Shown here: in pieces, positions 1 through 14,722 of the stretch
Numbering within the stretch: the first letter of the stretch is position 1
Layout: every line of letters begins with the position of its first letter
Source of the DNA: Eledone cirrhosa
Taxonomy: Eukaryota
Length of the DNA stretch: 64,000 nt
NCBI GenBank assembly: GCA_964016885.1
Contig: OZ024741.1
Coordinates: 283,774,001 to 283,838,000, forward strand
Reading direction: 5' to 3'
Program-made: the position numbers and the translations under genes
Notes under the pieces: model-generated
What the model was told of the DNA's origin: nothing
Database searches by the model: none
What the model saw: only the letters and a program-made list of their open reading frames with translations

Positions 1-189
1 ATATATATATATATATTATATATATATATAAATAAATATATATATATATATATATATAATATGTATAAATATATATATATATAATGTATAAATATATATA
101 TATAATATGTATAAATATATATATATATATAATATGTATAAATATATATATATATATATATAATATGTATAAATATATATATATATATA

Positions 190-226
<37 letters not shown>

Positions 227-395
227 GTATAAATATATATATATATATAATATGTATATATATATAATATGTATATATATATATTATATGTATATATATA
301 TATATATATAATATGTATATATATATAATATGTATATATATATATTATATGTATATATATATATATGTATAAATATATATATATATATATAAATG

Positions 396-453
<58 letters not shown>

Positions 454-456
454 GTT

Positions 457-488
<32 letters not shown>

Positions 489-720
489 TAAATATATATA
501 TATATATATTAATATATATAATATGTATAAATATATATATATATGTATAAATATATATATATATATATTAATATATATATATATATATATATATATGTAT
601 AAATATATATATATGTATAAATATATATATATATATGTATAAATATATATATATGTATAAATATATATATATATATGTATAAATATATATAATATGTATA
701 AATATATATATATATATATG

Positions 721-766
<46 letters not shown>

Positions 767-969
767 TATATATATATATATATATAATATGTATAAATAT
801 ATATATAATATGTATAAATATATATATAATATGTATAAATATATATATATATATAATATGTATAAATATATATATATATATATATAATATGTATAAATAT
901 ATATATATATATAATATGTATATATATATATATATATATATAATATGTATAAATATATATATATATATA

Positions 970-1055
<86 letters not shown>

Positions 1056-1075
1056 TATAATATGTATATATATAT

Positions 1076-1120
<45 letters not shown>

Positions 1121-1150
1121 GTATAAATATATATATATATATATAATATG

Positions 1151-1234
<84 letters not shown>

Positions 1235-1270
1235 ATTATATAAATATAAATATATATATAAATATATATT

Positions 1271-1340
<70 letters not shown>

Positions 1341-1378
1341 TATATATATAAATATATATATATAAATATATATATATA

Positions 1379-1410
<32 letters not shown>

Positions 1411-1414
1411 AATA
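1..1414. repeat. Degenerate (AT)n microsatellite
   Basis: Near-pure AT dinucleotide with AAT/ATG interruptions; the YI-repeat ORFs here are artefacts. Confidence 0.97.
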
Positions 1415-2112
1415 TATAGAGAAAATTGAGGTTGGTAATGGCACAAGGAATATATAAGAGACAGAATACTTTTTTGTGAAAAAACATATAATTTTATAAG
1501 GTAAGGAAATAATAAAGGGTATAAAAAATGACCGGTTTCGATGGGTCTGCAAAAGCCATCATTTCAAATGTTGATTAATATTAAGAAAAATTAATAATAC
1601 GAAGAGTTAAAATTTGAGATTTGATAATTCAAGTATAAAATTCATTGTGGGATTTCATAGTAGTTTTCATCTAGGTAGCAACAACAAGTTGACTGCTGTG
1701 TCCCTTTCTGTTAGTGAATGAGAAGTTATTTGGGGTGTGGGTTATTTTATAAAGGTCAGATTTAGCAATGGCCAGCTGGCCAGCTGCTGGTCAGTGAGGG
1801 GGTGGAAGCAATATACATACATATATCTTCCTGTGGTGGGTAGGAGAGTGGAGCGTGATAGAAAGGGATTTAGTGCACTTACACCTATATATACACACAT
1901 ACCTTCATCCACACATACATACATATACATATACATACACATATACAAATATATATATATATATATACATATACACACATACATACACACACACATACAT
2001 ATACATACACACACACACACACATATATACACATACACACACATATATATATATATATACACACACACACATATATATATACATACACATACATCCAGAT
2101 ACACATACATCC

Positions 2113-2968
2113 AGATCTTTTTCACATCAAGTGACCCAAAACATACAAAACTTAACATTCCTTACAATTTGGCCAAACGTATATGTACCATAGTATCAGA
2201 TCCACCTAAACGGGAGCAAAGACTAAAGGAACTAAAAGACACCCTTATCTTAAGAGCCTTTCCACTTGAAATAATCAACAATGTAATAGACAGGGCAAAA
2301 CACCTAAATCCCCATCAACTTAACAATCCAAAACAGAAAACCACACCAAAACCCTGCCATATGTATCCACTTTCAACCCCAGAAATACCGAAATGTTTGA
2401 TCACCTACACAAAAATCTCCCCATCCTACTTAAAGATGTAAAAATGAAGTCTATTCTTGAAACACACAAGATCCTTAAAAGTAAAAGACAACCGAAATCA
2501 CTTAAACGCATTCTCACTGGACCAAATATACCCAAACCAATCCTCAACCCTACAGTTACCAAATATGGTAGAACAAACTGTGGAACGTGCCTCTACCTCA
2601 CTGAAGGACAAACATTTACATTCAAAGATGGCCAAACATTTACAGTAAAAAACAATTTCACCTGCAACTCGGAGAATTTGATTTACGCAATAACTTGCGG
2701 TGGGTGCAAACACAACTACATAGGACAGACGGGCACCTCATTACGCAAAAGAATGACCATCTACCGCCAACAAATCCGGGACGCTAACACAAGAAAAATC
2801 CCCTTGAGCAGCCATATTGCGAACTGCGCAGGAATGACACTACCCAACTTTAAAATCTTCCCCTTCTACAAGTGCTCAGATTCGTTCACACAGCAACAAA
2901 GAATAAACAAAGAAAATCTATTCCTTAACAAATTTAAACCAAAACTAAACGGGTTATCACCCCAATAG
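2113..2968 (+). pseudogene. PLE RT thumb + GIY-YIG endonuclease (frameshifted)
   Basis: PKHTKLNIPYNLAKRICTIVSD thumb motif; after a frameshift, GRTNCGTC linker and FTCNSENLIYAITC..C..YIGQT..LRKRM GIY-YIG. Confidence 0.88.
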
Positions 2969-3488
2969 AATTGTCATAAAATATAAACACACATACGCAC
3001 GGAATCACTACTATTAAAGACCAGAGACCAATTCTGTAGAATCAGGTTTATTCGTTGACAGACCATGCCTTTGTGTGACCAACACATCCATGTTAAACCC
3101 TGCACGTGCACACACACATATATCTATATATATATATGCGCACACAGAATTCACCACTGTCGGTTGCGGGGCCCAATCTACATGAAGAACTCAATGTGAT
3201 CAGAATGACTTGTATTTTAATTTCACTGTCCCAACTTCTTATATTATGGAAAAAATATATGTGTATGTATGTATATATATATATATTTGGAGGCCATTTC
3301 TCTGTGTGGGGGTGTATGTATGTGTATATGTGTGTGTGTGTGTGTATGTGTGTGCATGTGGATTTATGTATTGTGTGTGCGTGTGTGTGTGTATGTGTGT
3401 ATATATATGTGTGTATGTGTATATATATATGTGTGTGTATGTTTGTATGTGTGTATGTATATATATGTGTGTGTGTATGTATGTGTGG

Positions 3489-3538
<50 letters not shown>

Positions 3539-3685
3539 ATATATATATGTGTGTGTGTGTGTGTGTATGTATGTGTGTATCTGGATGTATGTGTATGTAT
3601 ATATATGTGTGTGTGTGTATGTGTATATATGCGTGTGTGTGTGTGTGTGTGTATGTATATGTATGTGTGTGTGTATGTATGTGTG

Positions 3686-3726
<41 letters not shown>

Positions 3727-4094
3727 GTGTATGTATATGTATATGTATGTATGTGTGGATGAAGGTATGTGTGTATATATAGGTGTAAGTGCACTAAATC
3801 CCTTTCTATCACGCTCCACTCTCCTACCCACCACAGGAAGATATATGTATGTATATTGCTTCCACCCCCTCACTGACCAGCAGCTGGCCAGCTGGCCATT
3901 GCTAAATCTGACCTTCATAAAATAACCCACACCCCAAATAACTTCTCATTCACTACCAGAAAGGGACACAGCAGTCAACTTGTTGTTGCTACCTAGATGA
4001 AAACTACTATGAAATCCCACAATGAATATTATACTTGAATTTTCAAATCTCAAATTTTAACTCTTCGTATTATTAATTTTTCTTAATATTAATC

Positions 4095-4142
4095 AACATT
4101 TGAAAAGATGGCTTTTGCAGACCCATCGAAACCGGTCATTTT
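4095..4142 (+). ncRNA. Minimal type-I hammerhead ribozyme-like motif (U3-A8 core) in pLTR; mirror copy at ~1526-1572 (-)
   Basis: TTGAAAA-gatgg..ccatc-GAAA-CCGG-TC; stem I has one mismatch. Confidence 0.55.
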
Positions 4143-4285
4143 TTATACCCTTTATTATTTCCTTACCTTATAAAATTATATGTTTTTTCACAAAAAAGTA
4201 TTCTGTCTCTTATATATTCCATGTGCCATTACCAACCTCAATTTTCTCTATAACCTTCGTTTTGTGTAGAAAATTACACTTTTCA

Positions 4286-5008
<723 letters not shown>

Positions 5009-5015
<7 letters not shown>

Positions 5016-5380
5016 AAAAAGAGATGAAATCGAAAATGCAACTGGAGTCTTATTTTTTTAAAAAATATATATATTTATTTGGTTCCTTTACCGGTTTCGC
5101 AGTTCTTCTGCTTTTCAAAAGGTAAGTTGAGATGGAGGGTCTGTGGTTTTTCTCACATCTGTGAGAAAAGATGTGAGAAAAACCACAGACCCTCCATCTC
5201 AACTCACCTTTTGAAAAGCAGAAGACCTGCGAAACCGGTAAAGGAACCAAATAAATATATATATTTAAAAAAAAAATAAGACTCCAGTTACATTTTGATT
5301 TCATCTCTTTTTCTTTATACTTTCACTCGTGTAGGACACCTCGGTTATTTTTCAATTTGTAAAAGAAACCTCACTTTCTA
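5009..5380 (+). mobile_element. Short PLE-type fold-back (inverted pLTR + tail)
   Basis: Arms 5009-5160 and 5169-5319 are near-perfect inverted repeats; unpaired tail 5320-5380; (TA)n on both sides; contains a hammerhead. Confidence 0.8.
5207..5244 (+). ncRNA. Minimal type-I hammerhead ribozyme, U3-A8 variant; mirror copy 5085-5122 (-)
   Basis: cctt-TTGAAAA-gcag(aagac)ctgc-GAAA-CCGG-TA-aagg: stems I and II perfect, palindromic stem III, GUA cleavage triplet. Confidence 0.75.
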
Positions 5381-6294
5381 ATATATATATATATATATAT
5401 AATATGTATAAATATATATATATATTTATATTATATATATATATTTATACATATATATATATCTGTACATGCCTAACACATTATATATATATATAAATAT
5501 ATATATACAATGATATTAAATGAATGGAAACTATATTTATAAAACCATATTTATTTTATTATATATATTTCAAGGGTACCAAAATACTTTGGAACGCTTT
5601 CTTCAGATAAAATACAAAGTTTGTTTCATAAATAGAGATATACCCATGAAAATCATACCTTATCTGTTGGATATTCTCTGGATAGTGGAAATTTATTAGG
5701 GATTTTTCAAACTCATTGGTGAATATGCAAATGAATATGTAAATAATTGAAAAACAACCGTTTATTTAAACGACTATGGAGAGAGAGAAGAGAAGGACAA
5801 AATAGAGAGAGAGAGAGAGAGAGATAGAGAGAGAGCGAGAGAGAGAGAGAGAGAAGAAGGAAAAAAGTGAAGATGAATAAAAAAAAAACTCATTTAACGT
5901 TAATTCGAGGGAAATATATTCGAACAATTATCTACGTATATATATATCTTAATAATATGTGTATTTATATTAAAAGGATATTTTACGATTATTAATTATT
6001 TAAAAATTTTTTTATAATATAATATTTTTCATTCGTTTATAGGTAGATAAATAAATAAATAAATAAATAGATGGGTATATCATGTTATAGATAGTTGTTC
6101 TCATGAGTTATGAGGGATATTGGTTTTCTTTTTTATGAAAATAAATATGTATTTAAAATTAAATTAAATTAAATTAAATTAACTGAGTTAAGTAGGAATA
6201 TTTATATTTTTATGATTGAAAAGGGGAGATAAGGAAAAAACTATATATATATATATATATAAACTAAATATATATATATATATTTATATATATA

Positions 6295-6460
6295 TGTGTT
6301 GGATGGTAGCTAAGATGCTTCCATAGGTGGTATGCCGATTGAGCACTCTATGCTCTTACAGAGCAGAGTATGATATAATATAAAACGAAAAATCAGTGAT
6401 GCATCTGAACTCAATTTATTGAGTTCAGATGCATCACTGATTTTTCGTTTTATATTATAT
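6295..6460 (-). mobile_element. Short fold-back insertion (43-bp perfect hairpin + tail), probably a PLE terminus
   Basis: 6373-6415 and 6418-6460 form a perfect inverted repeat; unpaired 6295-6372; TA-rich flanks. Confidence 0.6.
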
Positions 6461-6553
6461 ATTTATATATATACTGTATATCTGGCCTGGTGCCTATATA
6501 AGAAACCATTATATATATATATAAATATATTATATATATATATATAAATATAT

Positions 6554-6621
<68 letters not shown>

Positions 6622-6895
6622 GTTATAATAAACCAATCTTAAAGAGAGAGATGGAGATAGGAGAGGAGAAGAGAGATTGGTGAATTTGTTAGAAGCCAAA
6701 ATTATTATTATTATTATTCCTTACATTAAATATATTTACACTCCCTATTCCTTACATTAAACTGCAACTATGTTGACAATCTTTAAATAATGTCTTCCTT
6801 GTGAAATTTGTGGTCTTGTTTTGCTTAACTAATGAATATATATATATATATATAGCAATTAATTCTACAGGACTAAAACTGGTTTATTTGTATGA

Positions 6896-6943
<48 letters not shown>

Positions 6944-7182
6944 TATGTATGGGTGAGTGTTTGTGTATCTGTGTATGTATGCGTATATATATATATATAT
7001 ATGTATGTAAGTATGTATGCATATGTGTCTTTGTGCTGATGTATGTGTATAGATAAATTGATATATTGGTACTATAATGAAAAGATAATAAAATATATAG
7101 AAAGAAAATGAAAAATATCCTGTGCATAAAGCAAATACACTTCTCAAATAATATATGTGGTGTTTTATCTGAAGAGCTATTT

Positions 7183-7523
7183 TCACATTAGTTTTATGCA
7201 GATCCACTTTATGAATGGAATGATATCAAAAAACACTATGAGCCCAAACGGCATTGTGACTATAGCCACGATGACGCTACTCATATATAATGAAGACTCT
7301 CGTTCATCCGGAGCACTTATTTTGGAGCGTTTGTATTTTGATGTTGTTTTTCGTGGAATGGTTAGCTCAGACTTGATTTTTACTAGTTTTTCAATGATTT
7401 CTTCCTGTGTTAAATTCTTTATTGGTCCATTCTTGCAGTGACATATACACGGCATTTCAGCAGATGTATCCACTATGTTAGTGTCAGTGGTGTTTCTGAT
7501 ATTAACTGAACTCTGTGTGACAT
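7183..7523 (-). CDS. Host gene last coding exon: CxCxC, coiled-coil, SAPDERESS motif, TM helix, stop
   Basis: tttgcAG acceptor, phase 1; PCICHC..LTQEEIIEKLVKIKSELTI..SKISAPDERESSLYMSSVIVAIVTMPFGLIVFFD; possible AATAAA at 6888-6883. Confidence 0.85.
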
Positions 7524-7849
7524 CTGCAAACAGAAGATTTTTAAGAAAAGCATAAATATATTATATACAGTTCAAGCATTCTTTTGATCCCAAATCCCCA
7601 AATCTCTAAAATCTGAAAGTTTTTTCTTGTGCTAATATAACATGTAACATTACCTGTAGTGTAATTTTTGCATTACAAATAAAATGCTGGCATTTTTTCA
7701 GTTTGTGTTACATTTACCCGCAATCAGAGTTCATTTTTTGTCTTGATACAAATGTATATATGTATGTGGTATGTGTGTGTATGTGTGTGTGTATGAATGC
7801 TATAAACTCTTTGTCACTTAATTTTGAATTTATTTTTGACCAAACACCT

Positions 7850-9560
7850 TTCCAGTGGGAAGGTTGTAAAGAAAAGAAATTGTCATTGTCTCTTGTGTAA
7901 GCATTCTTTCTTCTTTTGAATTGTAAGAATATTTTATAGATTTTGAAGGTTCCAGATATGGCCATTTGTAGCTTATGGATTAAGGAGCAGCATTCTTTCT
8001 CCACAAATCCAAGCTCAGTTATATTTTGTTCCAGGCAGGTTGGTATATAACTTGTAGCTCTAATAATAGTAGGCATGAAGGTGAATGTGTATCTTAGATA
8101 CTGGATCTGCAAACTCCTCATCAATGGTCCATAGATATCCTTCTTCTATTGCATTTTTCTTACCACGTTGACATCAAGTAGGCAGCTAATTTCTACAACA
8201 GAGCAGAGTCTTAATGTGGGATCCCAAACAACAGTATTAGGTCAGTTATACCAAATTTTGTGGTAGTTTTTATTTTTAGGTTCCACCAGTATTTCTTTGA
8301 GTCATCAGTCTCAACATATTCTTCACTATTTGATTTGATATTTGTCTTCTGTAATGCATTCCAGATCGTTGCTAGCTCGTACATCATGCTCCACATGAAG
8401 GTAGTAACCAGAAGATATTCTTTCACAGTTTGCAATAATGTGGCTAACATCTTCAGTCTCTGTTTTGCACAGCCAACATTTATTGTCAACTGATGACCTT
8501 CCTGTTTTTGTGCAGTAGGTACTTAGTGGGGATTTTTTGTTCCTGGATTACATGGAGGATATCCTTCAAGGTGGGAGGTTATGAACTTGTCGGAACTCCA
8601 TGTCAGGCTTTTAGTATAGTTTACCCCTTCTATAGTCTGTGTTTTGGATCTCAAATACCCATGTACAACGTTTTCAGTGAATTGGTCTATTCTTTTTGAA
8701 AGAAATTTGTATCAGCTTTTAGTTTATATGTCTCTCCTCTAGATCAGTAGCTATCCTAAAAATATTATCATTTTCATATTCTCTTTACTCTCCTGAGGTT
8801 TCATTCCCGGGCCATTATGTATGGGTCCATCATATCTGATATTCTCATCATGTTCAAGATACCTATAGCAGTCATCTGACTGTAGAGGTACCATTTTTAG
8901 GTTTTCAGAGGAGGACACAACTTCTCCATGTTTTATTGTAAAAAAATGCACATTTAGACTCACCAAATTTCATTCAAATCTCCATAGAAAATTGGTTAAT
9001 GACAACCAATTATTTTTTTCCTGTGGTTGATATTTTGCCTACATAATTTCAGGTCATCAACAAAGAAAAGATAGGAGATACTTCTGGATCCATTTCTATG
9101 GCAACTATGTTTTGTGAGCAGGTATGACAGTAGATTTAATGAGAGAACAAAGAGCAGCACTGACAAGCTATCACCTTGTAAGATGCCTTTTTGGTAGTGA
9201 ATGCTATCAGACTCAATTTGCTTCATATCAGTTCTAAAGAGCAAAGTCATGACTTAGGCATTTGATAGCAGCTACTAGTGGTTGTGAGACTTGGCTAACT
9301 GTAAAGCCTTGATAATCCACCCAAATGGTATATACTATCAAAGGCCTTCTGGCAGTCCAGTCACATACAGTCAAGTTTTTGTGAATCTTTTTACTGTATT
9401 TTCCTGGATCCTTTTGTTAATTAATAGCTGCTTTACACAGCCCTGCAATTCCTTCTTTTGCCCAGCTTGCTCAGGTGTTAGTGGCACAATGATTCTGCAA
9501 GAACAGATTAGAGCATCCAGTGAATAATTTGTACATGATGTTCTGGAAGGCTGTTGGGCA
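7850..9560 (-). mobile_element. Decayed RLE-type non-LTR retrotransposon (R4/NeSL-like)
   Basis: Frameshifted pieces: GILQGDSLSVLLFVLSLN, YLFFVDDLKL, YRYL, then C-terminal Zn-knuckle/RLE-like remnants. Confidence 0.75.
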
Positions 9561-10109
9561 ATAAATGTTTGTCACAAAAACACTTTGTTTACAAAAAAAA
9601 CATTAACATATTTGTCTTTCAGTACGAGTTTGCCATCACATGAAAGAGAGAAACAGGATATATATCCAATTGATATTGATTTTGAGCAATTATAAGGTCA
9701 GGGTTAGATTTTTGGACCAGGGAGCAAGTTTGCATTCTTGAGCGAACTACTTCATTTCATGTTGCTTTTCATGATAGCATTAGGGCCCCTATAATAAAAC
9801 ACGTATGAGGTTAGCTAAATCTGCATAGGTATGAACTGTAACAATAACAACATAATAACAATGGGTCCCCTTCCATTAAAACCTTTTTAAAGGAATTTAG
9901 CCATAAATGTGTTCACAACAAACTGCCTGAATGCACCCATGGTTCTATGATATAAAACTGCTTTAAAGTGTTTTTTTAATCAAATAATCTTCCTTTTTTT
10001 ATTTTATGTAAGACTCCTTAAGTTAATAATTCATGTAATGTATGTAATGTATGTATATATGTATTATGTGTGCATATGTATGTGTATGTGTGGATATATA
10101 TGTATGCTT

Positions 10110-11345
10110 GTACAAAATAAGTTCCTTACAAGAGAAGTTCCTAGCAAAGAGTAAGTCTCTATATCTAGCTTTTGTTGATATTTTACGAAAGCCTTTAGCA
10201 GAGTTACATGATCTGTCATCTGGTGGCCCTTAAGGAAACGAAGTGTAGAAGAGTGACTTGTGAGAGCAGTGCAAGCCATGTTCAGAGGAGCTGTCAGTAA
10301 AATGAGAGTAAGAAGTGAATTTAGTGAGGAATTTCAGGTACATGACTACATCAGGGCTCTTCTGTTCATCATAGTCATGCAGGATAGAAGAGAGGAGTTT
10401 AAAACTGACTTTCCATGAGAACTTCAATATACTTATGATTTAGTTCTTATATCTGAATCTATGGAAGAACTACAGACTAAATTTTGACTGAAAACAAAAC
10501 TTAAAATCAAAGGGGTTGAGGGTAAACTTAACAAAACCCAAAATGTTAGTAAGTAGAAAAGAAGGCAGGGCCCTGATCTTATCAGGGAAGTAACCCTGCT
10601 CAATATGTAGAAAAGATGTAGTGGGATAGTAAGCAGACTAACAGGAAAAAAAGTAATTGAATGTAGTAGATGCTCAGGGATAATTGGTAATAAGAGTGCC
10701 AGTAATATAGACCTTTTCCAATCTCAGAAAGGATCCATAGAAGTGATTGATATCTTCTGCTATATAGGTGATCTAACTAGTAGTGGAAGAGGTTATTCCA
10801 AGAGCAAAATAACTAGAATAAGGAGAGGACAGAAGAAGTTTAGGGAGCTACTAACTCTGTTGGCAACAAAAGGTTTCTCCCTGTGAACAAAAGGCCAGCT
10901 GTAATACACCTGTGTGCAAGGTACAATGCTACATGATAGTGAGATATTGGCAGTGAATTCAGAGGATATGTGAGGCTAGAGAGAAATGAAGTGAGCATGA
11001 TTCATTGGATGTGCAATGTTAATGTGTGTGAATGATAAAGCATGGATGAAACTGGGTATAGGAGGAATCAGATGCAGTGTACAAGAGAAGAGATTGTGCT
11101 GGGATGGACATGTGATGCACATGGATGATGACTGATGGGTGAAGATGTGCCAGGAATTCCCAGTGGTAGGAAGCCACAGTAGAGGAAGAACAAAGAAGGC
11201 CTGGGTGGAGTTGGTGAGAGCTGATCTCAAATCTCAGATTCACAGAGATGATGACAAAGGAACGTTGAGGGTGGAATGATGATGTGCTGAAAAAGACCTG
11301 TTCAACCCATGGAAGCATGGAAAGCAGATGCATGATGATGAGGAT
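10110..11345 (+). mobile_element. Decayed 5'-truncated RTE LINE
   Basis: LQEKFLAKSKSLYLAFVD RT motif; RNEVSMI.W and RL.W.GHV 3' motifs; (GAT)n tail. Confidence 0.8.
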
Positions 11346-11379
11346 AATGAAGGTATGTATGTGCGCATCTGTATGTATG

Positions 11380-11579
11380 TTTAACGAAGTGGTGTTAGTA
11401 AGAAATAGTTAGAATGATTATAACATTATTGTTAGATGTAATAACAAGAATAGCTGATTTACTTTATATATAAAGGTTTACTTCACTTAAGTAAAAAAGA
11501 ACAATAAACAAGTTACCACGAGTTGCGAAGGTTGACAATGTTATTTTGTTGTTTCATGAGGCTGGTGTAGTCTGAGACC

Positions 11580-11618
<39 letters not shown>

Positions 11619-13497
11619 ATGGTCTGTAGACCACTGCAGCCTGAAGGTAGCGCTGATCTTTACATAGCTTGTCTGTATCGTGGTGCTCCGATCTCTCTGT
11701 ATAAAACGTGGGAATATACAGGTTTTATATACCTGTTGCTTTCTGTCCCCTGCCTCGAGGGATCGCTCACGCATCAACTTGTTAACGCCAAAAGGGTGGT
11801 GACCTAGAGTTTGACCTTTAGGTGTCACCCAAGGTTCAAGGTGTGGACAGATTTCGCTACATTAGTTCCCTGCCTAGATCGATGCAGGAGCAGCGATCGA
11901 TTACAAAAGGGGTAGCGAAATCTGATTCCAGGAGCGTGTCCCAAAACACACAAAATGTGGGTACTGCGCCCGCATTTCGACTAGAGAAATTTGTAGAGAG
12001 AGAAAAAAAATATTGTATAACTGTGTATGCATGTGTGTGTGTAACATTTAGAAGAAACTGTAAATATATAAAGTTGTGATCATGTATTTCGAACTGTTCT
12101 GTATGGATGGCTGATGTTGGGTTACGGTATCGGATTACGATATAACAACACATAGGACTATTTCTCTCGATGTATCACCATACGTAAGATTCTCTTCCAG
12201 TGAGTCGAGGTTTACGCTATGACATGAGTGTGTGCAATTTTGAGTTGCGTGCCTGAGTGAGTCCGGGCGTATACCTGTGGGTTGTTTATCATGTGTTTAA
12301 TAGCTGTTGCCGAACCTCGACCCGTTGAATCTCGATGTATTATCATACGTAAGATGCTTTTTCAGTGAGTCGAGGTTTATGCTATGACATGAGTGTGTGC
12401 AATTTTGAGTTGCGTGCCTGAGTGAGTCCAGGCTAGTAGTACCCGTGGGTTGATTATCATGTGTTTAATAGCTGTTGCCGTACCTCGACCAGTTGAAAAG
12501 TGATCTCGCAGAGACCTAACCAAATCCAGAATATACCATAGACAAAAACATGTTGGTGTGTGACAAAGAAAATGATGTGTGTTTGATCCAAAACGTGTAT
12601 GTTGATACAGGCATATAATACAGTAAAAAAATAAAAATGAACGTTCATATATAACCTGTAAAAAACTTTTTAAAAATATTTATATAATTGTTCTTTACAA
12701 AACGTTCAGTTTTCTCTTTATGTGATCGTTTTCTTGCTAGGAAGCTAGCAGTATTGTCTGTTGTTGTTGTTGTTGGAGAATACGAAACATGTGGTGAAGT
12801 GTCTGGTAATGAATCGAAACATCAAAGCAAAGTCACTGTAAATATTCCGTAGAATGGAAGTTTGGTGATTAATTTGAAAAAGTGAAGTTTTATCATATCG
12901 TACCATATAGATGAGAAGCTTGGTAAGAGAAAGTTGTTGATATTGGCAAAAGAAGCCATGATCAGATCAAATGGCTGCGTGTGGTTTTCTTTTTTTTAAG
13001 TACCACTTCGTATTATTATTTTTTTTTATCGCGTCGGGGTCACCAATTTAACGAAGTGGTGTTAGTAAGAAATTGTTAGAATGATTATAACATTATTGTA
13101 GATGTAATAACAAGAATAGCTGATTTACTTTATATATAAAGGCTTACTTCACTTCAGTCAAAAAGAACAATAAACAAGTTACCACGAGTTGCGAAGGTTG
13201 ACAATGTTATTTTGTTGTTGTTTCATGAGGCTGCGACCAGGAGAGAGAGTAATGGTCTGTAGACCTCTGTGGCCTGAAGGTAGCGGTGAATCTTTCACAT
13301 AGCTTGTCTGTATCGTGGTGCTCCGATCTCTCTGTATAAAACGTGGGAATATACAGGCTTTATATACCTGTCGTTTTCTGTCCCCTGCCTCGAGGGATCG
13401 CTCACGCATCAACTTGTTAACGCCAAAAGGGTTTGTGACCTAGAGTTTGACCTTTAGGTGTCACCCAAGGTTCAAGGTGTGGACAGATTTCGCTACA
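11380..13497 (-). mobile_element. Non-autonomous LTR retroelement with tRNA-Trp PBS (CsRn1-like)
   Basis: Direct repeats 13047-13497 (5' LTR) and 11380-11861 (3' LTR); PBS TGGTGACCCCGACGCGAT at 13045-13028; purine-rich tract before the 3' LTR; TATG 4-bp TSD; ~1.2 kb interior with no pol. Confidence 0.85.
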
Positions 13498-13939
13498 TAT
13501 GTATATATCTGTGTATTTGTGCGTATGTATGTGAATGACTGCTTATATATGTATGTGAACATATATATGCATGTATGTGTATGTGTACGTATGTATGTAA
13601 TTAGGTGTCTACGTATGTATGTATGTATGTATGTATGTATGTATGTATGTATGTATGTATGTATGTATGTATGTATGTATGAATGCATGTGTATGTGTGC
13701 ATATGCATGTATGTATGTTTATGTGTGTATATATATGTATGTGCATATGATTGTGTGTGTATGTGTGCATATGTATGTGTGCATATATATGTATGTATGT
13801 ATATATTATCTCATCATTTATACATCAGTGAATATCAACACAGTCGATACACACAATGTTGTTTGGCTGGCTGCTTGGTTGGTTGGTTTGTTTGTTAGTC
13901 ATGTAGTAATACATTTAGTAGTAATAAAGTAATACTTAC

Positions 13940-14269
13940 TGCCTCTGTACTCAATCCAAGCTGTAGTAGTTTCGTTATAGTTTGTATTTGACATGTTCCA
14001 CATAGTTTGTGTTGTAGTCTCATATTCTTCTGAGATATTTGTGACATTCCCTGTTTCGTTATATGTGTCTTGTTCTGTTGTCAAATTCATGTTTGTTGCT
14101 ACCATTGTCGATGTTGGTACCTTCTTTGCTGTTGTTAGTACCTTCTTTGTCAAATTCATGTTTGTTGTTGCTACCATTGTCGATGATGGTACCTTCTTTG
14201 TTGTTGTTCGTACCATCTCTGTTGTTGATGCAATGCTTGGTGTCGTTAGTGGAAAAAGGGTCTCAGTTT
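13940..14269 (-). CDS. Host gene exon: Thr-rich mucin-like stalk
   Basis: Polypyrimidine..atAG acceptor, GTAAGT donor, phase 1-1; internal repeat TKKVPxSTMVAT(T)NMNLT twice; several NxS/T sequons. Confidence 0.82.
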
Positions 14270-14459
14270 CTATTTTAAATGTAAAGAAAGAATTCTTTAA
14301 CTAGGGACAGCAGAGCAGTTTTTATGTGAAGGAGCATTGGTTAATAAACAGAATGCTGCACATACATACACTAAATATATTATCACATTTTAATATCTAT
14401 TCTCCATGCTTGCATGGGTTAGACTATAAAAGTCTGTCTTAAGATAGAAGGCTCATTAG

Positions 14460-14722
14460 GACAGTGCTTATCACAGTTTCATGGCATGAACGACTAAGAG
14501 TACAAGATTCCTCCCTGGACAGGAGTGTTAAACCCTCAGTGTTAAACCCTCAGTGTTAAACCCTCAGCTATTACTGGTACTCATTTTCAGCTGAATATAC
14601 TAGAACAATGTGAAATAAAGTGTTTTGCTCAAGAACATAACATGCAACCCAACCCAGGAATCGAACCCATGACATTATTATCGTAAGTCCAACACCTTTA
14701 TCACTTGACCACGTGCCTCCAC
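14460..14722 (-). mobile_element. tRNA-derived SINE
   Basis: Reverse-strand B-box (GGTTCGATTCC) and conserved body; similar copies at ~44400-44640 and ~59290-59540. Confidence 0.7.

Larger units (their letters stand above)
1415..4285 (+). mobile_element. 5'-truncated Penelope-like element (Neptune-type) with inverted pLTR
   Basis: 1415-~2110 is the reverse complement of ~3575-4252. The arms enclose an RT thumb and GIY-YIG region; unpaired tail 4253-4285; both flanks (TA)n. Confidence 0.88.
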
